Positions 24,705 to 37,030 of a stretch of DNA of 64,000 nt are shown one piece after another; the stretch's first letter is position 1, and each line of letters starts with the position of its first letter. The notes below the pieces were generated by a model that was not told the DNA's origin, did no database searches, and saw only the letters and a program-made list of their open reading frames with translations. Origin of the DNA: Vicugna vicugna (lineage: Eukaryota); contig MU058844.1 in NCBI GenBank assembly GCA_013265495.1, forward strand, positions 4,579,535 through 4,643,534. Direction: 5' to 3'. Position numbers and translations under genes: made by a program.

Positions 24705-25715
24705 TGGCGGGAGTCAGTACGACCCCGGCCACCAGTGGAGTGCAACCGCATTTCTGTCCGGCCATATTCTGGGGGCCCCTAACCCTACAACTGAGCTGCG
24801 TGAACACACAAGAACCCGCGTGCCTTAGTCAGGCAGAAAGGTGCGTCACATCTACGGACACAAGAAGTCGATAGCTGTTCCCGGGAGAGAAACTGGCGAC
24901 AACCAGTGAGCACCCGAAAGCGAATTTACGAGTCACGATTCAAAGATTTAAATCTTGCGAATGTTTTTTCCATTCTAATCTGAAAGGAAAGGACGACCTG
25001 AAATTTTCCCCTCCTCTCCTGACCAGGCACCACAGATAGAAACCTAGGAGAGCTGACTTTAATGAGAATTCTTACCCTTCGCCGGCTTCGGCCAGTTTGC
25101 TCAGGATTCTGCAGGCTGCGGAGCAGGTGGGGTGTCCCAGCGGGTCTCATCCTGGTCGCGAGAAACTGAAGAGGAGGAAAAATAATTTTCCCTCGACCCT
25201 TTACTGTGCGTGCTTGGCAGAGACCCCGTGTTCTCTAGGGCGCCTCGGAAATGGAAAAGCTTGTCCAGGTTAAAAGTTCTCCGCTGTGGCCGCTGTACTT
25301 AATCTTGGATAAGATAATCCTGCTTGTTCGGCCTTAAAACAAAGTTTTGTTCACCTGAGGCTTCATGCTGGGCCCCGTCGAGCTGAAGCTGGACGCAGTC
25401 TGACCCGGAACCAGTCTTGGTTCTAACTCGACTGCGGTCGGAACGTGGACCCGGTCCCGTTTCTAAGTCGGACCCGGTCCAGTTTTTCAGTCGGACCCAC
25501 TCCAACTCTGGCCATTTCCAGACGAGTCTAGAAAAGAAATGTTCAAGTAAAGCCTGAAAGCTCCAAAGACAGAAGCCCTGGAGGCTCCTTGAGTGACGGA
25601 CCCGGCTCCTCCTGAGGCGGCGAGAAGGCAGCGCGAAGGCAGCGGGCCCAGCGGCTCAGCAGGTACCCTGTCTGGTTAATAGTTGCTCCTGGGCCCTGCG
25701 GGTCTCCTTCGATTC
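24705..25715. promoter_or_regulatory. CpG island-like segment
   Basis: About 55-60 CpGs in ~1 kb by manual count, GC above 50%, against a strongly CpG-depleted background in the rest of the window. Confidence 0.75.
25144..25161 (-). other. Retroviral primer-binding-site-like motif (tRNA-Arg type)
   Basis: Minus strand tcgcgaccaggatgagac matches 14/18 to TGGCGACCCAGATGGGAC (complement of a recalled tRNA-Arg(CCG) 3' end) and follows an LTR-like ...cctcttca end. Confidence 0.55.
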
Positions 25716-25741
25716 CCTCCTCTTACTGTTACTAACAGAAC

Positions 25742-26123
25742 TGTTAAAAGATAAACTGAGGCATATTAAATATTTTAAGAGTTTGTTTGAGCAAAAAATC
25801 AATTCAAATCGGGCAGCTTTCAATCTAGCAGGTAGAAAGGAGCTCTGGGGAAGCTGTTCAGAATAAGAGACTTTCATAGGCAGAAGGGAGAGTGGACAAG
25901 AAAAATAAACGAGGTGAAAAAGTAGGTTAGTTCTAACAAAGTTTCTTTCCTTTAGGGGACCGCAGGTTCTATTAGGCACACTAGCTTATTAGTGCTGATC
26001 AGGTGGCTCCTGACTGACTGGTTTCAGATTCCATTTATGAGAGAGCCAAAACTAATTAAGTCTCTGGTGACATGAGGCTTAGCATAAGTGGCTCCATTTT
26101 GGGCCTGTTGTCTTGGTTTTAAT
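25742..26123 (-). mobile_element. ERV1 LTR (5' LTR of the adjoining leader)
   Basis: tgttaaaagataaactgaggcatattaaa...gagcaaaaaatcaattcaaatcgggcagc...gcttagcataagtggctccattttgggcctg...ggttttaa; inverted termini tgttaaaa / ttttaa; recalled laurasiatherian ERV1 LTR type. Confidence 0.8.
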
Positions 26124-27184
26124 GCCTTTATGGCTTATATGTAATGTCATGCTTAAAAGATCTTCCTTGTTGCAAATGTAATTTAAATTAAATTAAATAT
26201 TTAGTGCTTTTAAAAATGTTTCTGACCTCAATTATATGTTTTTCTTGTAAATTTATTTTGGTAAGAATATGAGAAAGATCCATTTGTGTAATATTTTTCC
26301 AAATGACTGGTCGATTTTCTCAACATCCTTAATTGACTTATCTTTTCCCCATCTATTTAGAATACATATTTTCCAAATTTCCTGTTTAATCCATATCTGA
26401 AGCCTCTGTCCTGTTTCATTAATCTATTTGTCTATTATAGTGTTTCTCAAATTGTTGTTTTTTTATTGGAGATGTCCCTTTAGCTGACATGATCAACATG
26501 ATTGGAATTAGTATTTTCTTCGTTAATAATATTTTCTTTGTTTAATAATAATTAAAACAGAGAATCATTAAAAATATATAATTTCCTAAATATTGTAATT
26601 TAAATCATACAAATGTACATTTATCTGCCAATCTCTTAAATTAGAGCTCAGGCATTTTCTTTGATTATGATTCTACTGTTAATTTTTTTATGTCATCAAT
26701 TTCATATTAATGATGATTTTATCTTTCTTAAAAGTGGGGCAAGATATTAAAGAAAGACCTTTATGAGTAAACTGAGAATCATTCTAGCATTTTATGATTT
26801 ATATCCTAATCTGTTACAGGTTTCTCATCCACACTAGTTTAAAAGATTTTTTTTTCAGCAATTTACTTTTATTCTATTTTTCTAAAATATTTAACTTAGT
26901 TTTCATGGAAACAGTCTTCTTTTTGAATTCATGTTTTATGGATTTACATAATATTTAATTAAATTCGATAATTATTTGATGTTAATAGGCATAAACAGCT
27001 GTTAGTGTTTAGTTTTGGTTCTGAGAAAGAACACAATGGAGTCAACCGTGGGAACAGATTTGTGTGAATGCAACAGAATGTGGTCTGTTGGCTTTAGTTG
27101 CAGTATGCAGAAGGCATCAAATGTTACGTCTCACTGTGAAAGTAGAGCTCCTTAGTTAAACTGGTAGATTAATTAAGGGAAGGA

Positions 27185-27360
27185 TAATTGTACTTTACTT
27201 GGATTAAAATCACCTGGGAATCTTGTTATAAAAAATGCATATTTTCACGCTCTAGCCCTGACCTAGAAAATCAGAATTTCCAACGTTTGATCCACAGGGA
27301 AATTTCAGAGTTAACATGCATCCTGGGTGATTCTTCTGCATTATTTGAGAGCCACGGGTA
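27185..27360. mobile_element. MER5-type hAT-Charlie MITE
   Basis: attaaaatcacctgggaatcttgtt...gaaaatcagaattt...taacatgcatcctgggtgattct...tttgagagccac. Confidence 0.65.
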
Positions 27361-27499
27361 TACAACTCCATTCACACCAAGCTACTCTAACTTATGTAAC
27401 TCTATTATATTTTAATATTCTGTAGGGCTTCTCCATTAGTTTTCTTCATTTTCTTGACTAATTCTGAATGTTTATTTTAACAGCTCAAAGTTAAAATTT

Positions 27500-29660
27500 T
27501 ACTTTCAAATTATTTCGTTTCAGGTCATATTGATTCAATAAATTAATTTAGAGAGAATTAACATCTTTACAATGTGAAATTTTGGTTTCCACAGATGAAT
27601 TATGTGTTTCCATTTATTCAAGCCTCTTAACATGTCTCACTAGGATTTTAACATTTTCTTTGTATAAGCCCTACACAATTCTTGTTAAGTTTTTTCCTAA
27701 TATTTTGTTTTGTTATTTCTGTTGAAAATAAGATCAATTTACTCAACTTTTCTCACTCAGGTTTATATATTGAAAAGCTGTTGCTTTGTAATATTGTGAT
27801 TTTATAATAATAAGTCTTCTGATTCACCTTTTTACATTATTTCTAATAGCTTTTTTTTCAATTTGTTCTTTTGTGTTTTGTAAATATATAGTCACATCTA
27901 CTGCAAACAATAATAATTTTGTCTTTTCTTCTCGTAATTTTTGTTTCTGGTTTCTCTTTCCAAGTGTGCTGACTTCCAGAATGGCACTCTGTTGTTCTGT
28001 AGTATGGAACTGTGTCCCCACAGGGATCTTGTTTAGTCCTCCTGTGGCTGGCCCATGCCTGTAACTCTTAGCAATCTAAGGAACTGATGCTGGGTGCATA
28101 CAAAGCTGCACTATTCACTTCTTGAATATTCTCCCCCCGAAAGTGTGGAAGGGTATATCCTCTGCCATTTGCTCCAAAGTGCATAGTGTTTGGCAAATAT
28201 TTTTCTTGATTTGTTTTTCAAATTGATAGCTGTTTTTCTAATTTATGAAGATGCTATATTTTTATTGTTGTTGATGAGTTTCATGTAGACTATAATAAAT
28301 ACTTTTATCTAGCTAATTATCACAGAAAATCTTCTCCATCAGCCTTTTAAAAACCTTCTGGAAAATATATCATTTGGATTTTCTTTTTTTAAACATAAAT
28401 TTATATAGTCAAATATGTAAAACTTTTCCTGTGTAACTTCGTTCATCAATGTCACAGAAGTTTGCAAAATGTAATTGTTGAAGCTCTATAATGGAAAGAG
28501 GAATTCATCATGATATTATCACTGCTTTTTATATGTTTATAGATTTTCAAAATTAGGGAAGATTAAGAGCATTAACTAAAAAAAGATATTTCTCTACTTT
28601 GGGATCTGACAAATCTTTACCAAATATTTTATCTTTTTATGATTTTATTTTTAATTTATTCTGTCATAATTCAGAGTAAAATTTTTTTATGATGTTAAGT
28701 GAGTATATGATATTACCCCTGCCAAGGAGGCAATCAGTTATCCCAGAAATGTTTACTGAACAAGCTTTCCTCTCTCTCTGTCCTCCCTCCCTAGATAGAT
28801 TTATGATGCTACTTTCACTGTTGTCTAACATCATTGTGCAAGTATGCTTCTGGGCAATTTATTTCATTACATTTATCCATTTGTCAATTCTTAGATAATA
28901 ATCTGCTTACAGCTTTCATGGTTTTAGTTTTAGTATTGCTTATAGCAAATCTCCCTCATTACTTTTCTTTTTAAAAGTTTTCTTGGACCTTTTAATCCAA
29001 GAAATTTACTCTTCTTGATAAACTTTGGAACCATTCTGTCAATTTCTAAAAACAATCACTGGGATATGATTTAAATAGCATTAAACCTATGTAGTAATTA
29101 GAGAAGACACTCAACATCTTTTCCTCTGAGCTGAATGCTTAGTATGGTTTTCCAGTTATTCCAGTATTGTTTTAAGATTCTCAGTGGAATTTTATACATT
29201 TTTAAAATTTATGTTCAGCATATTTTTTCTTAAGTTTTTAAAATGTATTTTATACATTTTGTTAGCAGTTGTGAATTAGATATATATTTTTTCTAATTAA
29301 AATTTCTAATTTATTTGTTCTTCCTGGGTTATATAGTACTAATGATTTTTGTTTGCACATTTAGTGTATACCTCTTTATTAACTTTTCTATCAATTTTAT
29401 AATTTTTTTCTAGAATACATTTACTGGGAAGATTATTATCAATAAACAATTTAATTGGCTTTTTGTTTCTTCTTGACATTATTCATTGGGCAAGGATTTC
29501 AGAATACTGTCATAGTGATTATACTGACTAAATTTTCACTTTCTGATTTTAATAGGCATTTCTCTTGTGCTTTATTGTTAATTATGACATTGTAGGCTGA
29601 TTTCATGTTAAGAAAATAATTTTAGAACTTTGCTAAGATGCTTGTTTCTTATTGCTTTAA
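27500..29660 (-). mobile_element. Cluster of old, fragmented L1 ORF2 relics (L1ME-like)
   Basis: T-rich sequence with L1 antisense motifs (aatttagagagaattaacatctttacaat; tagtcacatctactgcaaac); minus ORF 27824-28021 retains KLLLFAVDVTIYLQN, a decayed LFADDMIVYLEN. Confidence 0.7.
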
Positions 29661-29674
29661 TACCAGGCTTTAAT

Positions 29675-30165
29675 ATAGGAGAACTTACGATGGTTCAACT
29701 TTATGATTTTTTTGACTTTACTATGATGGGAAAGCGGTTCAGTAGAAACCATACTTGAATTTTGATATTTTCCTGAGCTGGCAGTATGTGTAGAGACTCT
29801 CTTGATACTCTTGTGATGCTGGGCGGCAGCAATGAGCCCCAGTTCTTAACAACATGATCATGAGGGTAAACAACCAACACATTTGCAACTTTTCTGTACC
29901 CACTCAGCCTTTCTGTTTTTCACTTTCAGGACAGTATTCAATAAATTCCATGAGCTATTTAGCACTTTATTATGAAATAGCTTTGTGTTAGATGATTTTG
30001 CCCAACTATAGGCTAAGATAACTTTGTGAGCACATTTAATGTAGGCTTGGTTAAGCTATGATGTTTGGTAGGTTAATATATTAAATGCATTTTTGACTTA
30101 TGATATTTTCAATTTTGGATGGATTTATCAGGATGTAACTACATAGGAAGTCAAGGAAGATCTTT
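29675..30165 (-). mobile_element. TcMar-Tigger DNA transposon (MER47/Tigger5-type)
   Basis: gtgttagatgattttgcccaactataggctaa...taagctatgatgtttggtaggttaa...aatgcatttttgacttatgatattttcaa is the reverse complement of the recalled MER47-type consensus. Confidence 0.8.
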
Positions 30166-31889
30166 ACATCAATTTTATCACATGTCAAAATGTATCTTAT
30201 AAAATTGATAATGAGAAATTAAGGAATATTAAATTTTTTTATTCTTAATTTATACTTTTGTATTTTCTCTTTATCTTGATTGGGCTTGTTAGAAACTTGA
30301 CTTTCATGCTTTGTTTAACAGAAAAATATCTAGTTCTTAGATTTGCTCTTTATTTTGTTTCTGTTTTAAAATTTATTAATATTTGCTTTTATCTTTATTA
30401 TTGTTATTGTTATTTCTTAGGCTTTTTGTTAATGATCCTCTTTCTAAATTTTTGAATTGAGCATTTTGGTACATACTTTCATTCTCTTTCATTTAGTAAT
30501 GAAACTATTTTCTTCTATAATTTCTCTTTTAGTGTAATTTTGGCCATAAACCATATACTTTCATGGTTAGCTTATCAGTTACTATTGCATTCAGCCAAGA
30601 ATTAAAGTAAACCTGGCAAATAGTGCTTTATTTGAGACATCTTTATTTTTACTCTTTTATTGGAATTTTTTCCTAAATGTTGTCATTAACATGTTATCAT
30701 TAACATATACTTGGTATTGGGTTTGCTGCCCACCTATTAGAGAGAGGCCCCTCTATCCTTCCACACCTACTGTTAGAAAGACTAGTTATTGCTCTTATAA
30801 TACTGCATTTAACTTAACTTCAAATTCTTATAATTTTCAATACAAAGATTTATTTCCCACTCAGGGCTCAGAAAGTCAGCCAGAGCAGCTTTGCTTCAGG
30901 CTCCAGGCCAAGATCATCTCTCTCCTCAGAGTTGTACAGTATCCCCTATAATCAAATTCTCCTGGTCGGAGCAGGACATATGGCACACCTAAATGGGATG
31001 GAAAATATACTCTGCCCACATTGAAAAGGACAGGGAAGGAAGGCAGAATTGTAAGACAGCAATATAATTGACTAACCATGGTGATATAACAAATGTTTTA
31101 CTTGGGTTTTTCTTTCCTGGTCTTTTAAAAATAGCAGATGTGTAAGACCAGGGGAGCTAAGCATGAAGTGTTAGTAAGGTCCAGAATCTGATGAAGTACC
31201 TGCTTAATATAGATTTAGAGACTAGAGTAATTCTTACCATATATGTAGTTCAGCAGGGAAGAAAGTTAAGAATGAATTAGTGCCAAAATCCTAGCTAAAG
31301 TAACCAGGATAAATATTAGTTTATAAACTTAAGTGTGAAAGAAAGAGCACATTTCTTTCTTTCTTTAAACTATATTAGGTTCTGAAACCCCATGCCACTT
31401 TGAGGCTTATAACACAGTCATATTCCATGTCTTCCTCATTCTGTCACTGAAAAGTACAAAACAATCTGGGAGGTCTATGTGGTTCCTAGAAAGTGTGGGA
31501 AAGGTCTCTGATTACCAACCCATCAAAATTGCTCCAGATATCCTTATTCTTCCACAAGTACAGAGAAGAGGAGTGGATAAACAACAAAAAGTTACAACAA
31601 AAGGTTAATAGTACTTTGAGAATAGGAGTGCACAGGTGGAAGATGGGATTGGAGAGAGGGAGGGGACATCTTTTCCTTTTCTATGTTTGTATTCATAAGT
31701 AGTGGGTTTATGGGTAACTTTATTATTTTTTGTTTTCTTGGTATTTTTCAAGTAAAAAATAAAAATAAATATAGCATTAATAGAACAAGGTGGTTCTGAT
31801 GAGTAAATGAATAATACACATTAAGGATTTAGCACAGTATCTGTCTCCTAGTAAGCTCCTTAGCTCAGTATGTGGGATTGTTCTGTTGT

Positions 31890-32460
31890 TAACATGGTTG
31901 TGTTAGATGCTATATTTCCTAGAATCTCCTTCCTTGTATTCTACCAGGTTAAGAGTTGACTAAAAGTGGAGTTGCATGATATTTGAGGCAGAAGTGAAGC
32001 TGCAGCTATGTTCGAGAGGTCATTGTGGGTTAGAAATTGTGAGAGATTGATGTAGTTGTGTGAACAGATCCATTTTGTTCTTACTCTTGTCCACTCCATG
32101 TCTAGAATCTCCCCAACTGTCCACCCTCCTATCCCACAGGCTTACCACAATATGCTTAATTATGAACTCACAAAGGTGGCCATGGAAAGTTAAACTCCTT
32201 TGATAGGCTTGTACTGTCTCCTCTTTTTAATACTTTTCCAGGAACCAGCTATTTCAGGCTTACATATATCCATCCATGCTCCAGCTCATTCAACTGTGTA
32301 AGGACTAGTTAGTGAATGTTCTTTGATTCTTCAACTCGTCTTATGACACTTTTACTTCTCCAGCTCCTCCTACAATTATGTGAAGTGTAAATCTTATAAT
32401 AATTTTCTAATTCCATAATGTTCCTTGTAGACCTGAGTCTTGATTAAACCACAATTGATA
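31890..32460 (+). mobile_element. ERVL 5' LTR, LTR33-like
   Basis: gatatttgaggcagaagtgaagctgcagc and the end ccagctcctcctacaattatgtgaag...ttccataat...gattaaaccacaattgata, followed by a PBS-like tgctatcagaaatgg. Confidence 0.75.
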
Positions 32461-34810
32461 GTTATTGCTATCAGAAATGGTTTTATGGCTATAGAATCTA
32501 AGATTGAGAATCAAATTGCTTCTCTGATGTATTCAGATTAAAGGCACTGAAGAACCCTTCACCAATGGTAAAGAATCACTGGTGTTGCATAGCACATGAT
32601 AACAAAGCCATTACTTAAATTATCACCTATGGACACCTGTAACCTAGTTCTTATAGAAGTTTTGTCTTTGTGACCACATAGTTGTTGCAATAGAACATTT
32701 CGATGTAAATAAGAGGTATAATGGGGTTAGTTGATTTCTGCTACCGGAGAAGTTGTGAAAAATGGTGACCTCAGGGCTTTACGTTTCTGGGTCAAGGATA
32801 CAGGACCAAAATTTTTCTTTGATGTCCCTAGAAAAATTCTTTATCTCTTGTAGTGCAGGGATGGTATTTCTGAAAAGCAAATTTAAACTAGAAGTGTTTA
32901 TGTGGTTGAATTACAATACATATTTAATTTATGATTTCATAGATTCTCTTTTGTTATATTTAGGGGATTAGGAAGGAGTGAAACACCAAAAATTAAGTTG
33001 GGCATTTGTGGCAGATTTCAGTGAAGTGGGTTACCTTGAACCCATGAAGTCTGTTTAGCTTTCTTCTCCATTGGAAGTATCCCCTCCTCCCTGGTCTGAA
33101 GAGTTTGATCCCTCTCTCCTTGAACAACTACAATAGTCTTCCCTATTACAGTTGCCTAGTAGGAGATCATTGATCCTTTTAAGGATCTAACCCCACGACT
33201 TCTCATTGCTTCTAGACCTGTGACCAGATCCCAGTTCTGGGAGGCTCCTTGGGGTCAGACACACATAAAGTGTGAACAATGAGGAGGTGCCATAAACACA
33301 AAAGGACTTGCACGATTTTTCTAACTCACATCAACTGAAGCCTGAAGAAAAAAAAAACAACAAAAAGCAAAAACAGAAACCTGAAGAATATGTGTGAGAA
33401 TGGATCCCAAGGGAGTGTGAAAATGGAAGGAACATACTATTATATTTGGAATAATAAGTTGATATAGATGCTGTAAAAGATTCTGAATTCAGTGTGTTAG
33501 CTTGAATGTCTGGGAGTGGCTTTAGAGTTTTTTTTTTTTTGACTGTCTGCTGTCTGGACCCAAAATTGGACTATACTGAATTAAACTTAAAATATTAGAA
33601 TTTCCTTGGAATAATGTAGAGTATCTATTGATATTCAGAGAAATCAGAATGCTATGGTGGATTTATGTAACACCTGTCACAAATCTTTAACTATACCCTT
33701 TGGGAAGGTCATATAGACCTTCCTTCTGCTAGTCTTGGAGAAATACATAGGTGACATCCTTCAGGATTTCTGTAATGGTGTTCTCTGTAGGTGAGGACTG
33801 ACAGTGGGAACTGCTGTCTTTGAACCAGGCTCTCTGAATTAAATGGAGATGATGGTATCCCGGTTAATTAAGGACAAGATAGTGGCATTTATTGTCCAGA
33901 AATGATGGAGAGGGATAAGGTTACCATAACTGGTAGCAGAGCAGGATGTTCTTATCTAAAGAGGTCTTTGACATTGTCTAAAGACATACTCAGCAAATGG
34001 CATAATTCCCACATTGGTTCCTTGCCCTGCAGGGTGAGGGCTATTAAGATAGGAAAAGGCCAAGTGGAAACTACTAACACTATCTCTGTACACCAAAATA
34101 ATAAACCAAATGCAACGTTGAATTCTTGCAGGTAGTGCCAGCATTGAGGGCTTGAAAGATAAAAGAATGTTGATTCTCACTACATTTCATTCAGCCAGTC
34201 TATCTCACTGAATTAAGAAGACATAAGGCTCTTGGAGAATAACTGTGGATTTTAGTAAACTTAATCAAGTGGTAACTCCAGTTGCAGCTGCTATTCCAGA
34301 AGTCATTTCATTGATAGAACAAATCCATATATCCCTTGATGCTTCGTATGTAACTGTTGATCTGTTACATCAACAGTTGAAAGTTGAATGTTACTTTCTC
34401 TCTACTTGTTAGTAAAGCACAGTAGAAGTTTACTTTTGGCTGTCAAAGACAGTAGACACTTTCACTGTTCTATGGCATGACCATACCAATTATTTAGCCC
34501 TCCGTCATAATCCAGTCCACAGAGACTTTGCCTCTTTATTCAACTACATTATTCTTGTCCTCTACATTGATGGTTTTCTGTTTGGACCTAGTAGGCAGTA
34601 AGTAGCAACTACCCTACTCAACTCAGTAAGACAAATATGAAACAGACAGTGGGAAATAATCCTCATAAAAATTCAGGGGTATGCAACCTTGGTGAAATGT
34701 CTAGAGGTCCAGTAGTTTAGGGCATGTCAAAATACCATATCCAAGATAAAGGACAAATGTTGAAGCTAGCTCTTGCTACCACTAAGAAAGAGGTACATTG
34801 CTTACTGTGT
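32461..34810 (+). mobile_element. ERVL internal region: decayed gag and pol (RT) with internal deletions
   Basis: From 34227 translates GSWRITVDFSKLNQVVTPVAAAIPEVISLIEQI; WHNSHIGSLPCRVRAI near 34000; YIDG (decayed YIDD) at 34563; gag-like YV*EWI near 33390; many stops. Confidence 0.88.
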
Positions 34811-36809
34811 TTAATATTTTACTTTTTAAATTTGCCTTTGTATCGTTAGAATTTCTTCATATTCCTAAAAAATATGCTAGTAATGCTGTATTACGTAAGT
34901 ATAGTATACTTATTTAATGAATTACTCCTGCTGTTTTTGCCTATTATAAAATAACTAAATACAACCATAGGTATTAAATTAAAAAAATTATTTGTCATAT
35001 TTCAAAATTACTCTTCACTAGGCCAGGTAACCCCTATGTGAATTCTTAGAATATCAAATGCCTTATTTCCCATCTTGATTTTTACTTTTCTAATGTTGGT
35101 GGGGTGGAACATTCTTGTTCTAAATCTTAGCGAGGTTTTTCATCTATTATTGCTAAAAGTGAAGATGCTGATAAAGTTTTATTTCAAGAGTATATTATAA
35201 AAATGCAGAATTTATATAGATGTTGTCAGCAATGTGATGTGAATTGGGGATAATGTGATTTAATTATCATTCCAGATCAAAGGTGAATAAAGTGTGAAAC
35301 ATATTTTTATACTTGCTCTGTCACAATAGGTCACTTTCTGTGTATTCAAGAAAAAAGAATAATGAACATTCCTAAATTCGTGATAGAATAAATATTATGG
35401 TCAGTTATTATAGCTACATTGTCAAGTACTAAAAGAGCTTAATTATTCATTTCCTAAAATCATTGCATTTTCTGTTTATCACTGCATAGCACAGAGCAAA
35501 AAATTCTTCCTGTTTTTGAAAAGAAATCATAGCGTTCACATCAGGCATTCAAAACTTGAGAACCTGCAGTGAGAGAATCACATCAACTACAATAAGAAAA
35601 TATCCTCTGACAAGTAAGATTTCACCCACATAATTGAATGATCATGACAAGCTGTGATCAATAGTACCAGATTTCCCCAGGGACTCTTTCTTAGCCATTG
35701 TTATATTTCTGAAAAAAGATTTATAGTTCAGAATTCACTCACTTCAGAAGCAGATTTGAGAGTCTTGTGAAGAAACAAGAGACTTACTAGTATCTTCAGA
35801 GCATTTATACCTAAATAAAATCCATATAGATTTGCATTAATGTGGACATCAATATGCATTTAATTAGTAGACACTGAATAGATAATTAATATTGGTAATT
35901 CATGATTATTCATTTAATGAATACTGCAAATTTATAGTGAGAAAAATCAAAGAAAAAACTAATCTTAAGAATACGAAACTCACTGGGTAGGTAAACTATG
36001 TATCTTCAGTGCTAACATTAAAAAAATACCATTGACATGAGATAAACTTAAATCATCACCTGTAAAAACATTAAACTATGCAAATATAAATTATATATAA
36101 TTGTTCTGTAAATGGAGAAAAGCAGGGAAATACAATCAAAATATATAGTATCGTAACAAAATATATTAAGGCATATCAAGATTTCAGTCACCAAAGTATT
36201 GATTTCCCATGGAGTCATAATTAATTCATTTTCTGTCTCTTCTGTGTGCAGAAAAAAGTACATAAACAAGAGGGTTTTCATTCACAACTCCTTTTCTGCC
36301 AAATTCCAAATGAAATGAAACCAAAGCAAGTACGCTACAAAATTTGATTCAAAGGAAACCTCAGACACTGAAGCTTCTAAGCACACATTTCCTAAATAAA
36401 AAATGAGTTGTCTGCAAGCTGTCTTGACACGGTCTGCAGAGTCTCACTGCATTACACAGCAGCTCAGCAGATTGTCAGAGAGCTCCTGAGATAAACAAAC
36501 AAACAAAAAAACAAATCAAACTTCCTTCTTCCTGTCTTTCCATTTCAGCTTCATCTTGACAGAAAAAAAAAAAAAAAGTTTCTCCACTCTAAGAGAGATC
36601 CACAAATATCCCCATGTAACATTTGGATTTTGCCTTTTGCTTTGAAATAGATTTTCAAAAACGGGGAAATAATGCACTGACTGTATGTAAAAGATGCATA
36701 CGACGGATTCACTAAGGAGTTTGAAAATTAATTACTTTTGTTAGATGTATCAACTCCTGGCAATTAAAACTTAAATTTCAGAAAAAAATTTTTGAGTGAT
36801 TGTAGTTGT

Positions 36810-37030
36810 TAAGAGCAGAAGATCTGGAATAGAATAGCTGAGTTTTAATTTATTTATAGATACACTGTCTCCAACTTTGCACAATGTACTTGACCTAAGG
36901 CTTCGGTTTACCCTTATTTTTAATGGAAATAATGAAAGTGCTTACCTTCATAGAGTTGTCTTAAGAGTTAAATTAGTTACTATATATTTTAGAACAACAT
37001 TTTATACTATGTAGTAAATTTTATGTGTGC
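36810..37030 (+). mobile_element. MIR SINE
   Basis: gttaagagcagaagatctggaat...cttcggtttaccctt...aatggaaataatgaaagtgcttaccttcatagagttgt. Confidence 0.7.

Larger units (their letters stand above)
24560..25741 (-). mobile_element. ERV1 (MER4-group-like) internal leader sequence, truncated, possibly chimeric
   Basis: Directly adjoins an LTR end at 25742; PBS-like 18-mer at 25144-25161; splice donor GG|GTAAGA at 25076/25075; no gag/pol ORF; left boundary approximate. Confidence 0.7.
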
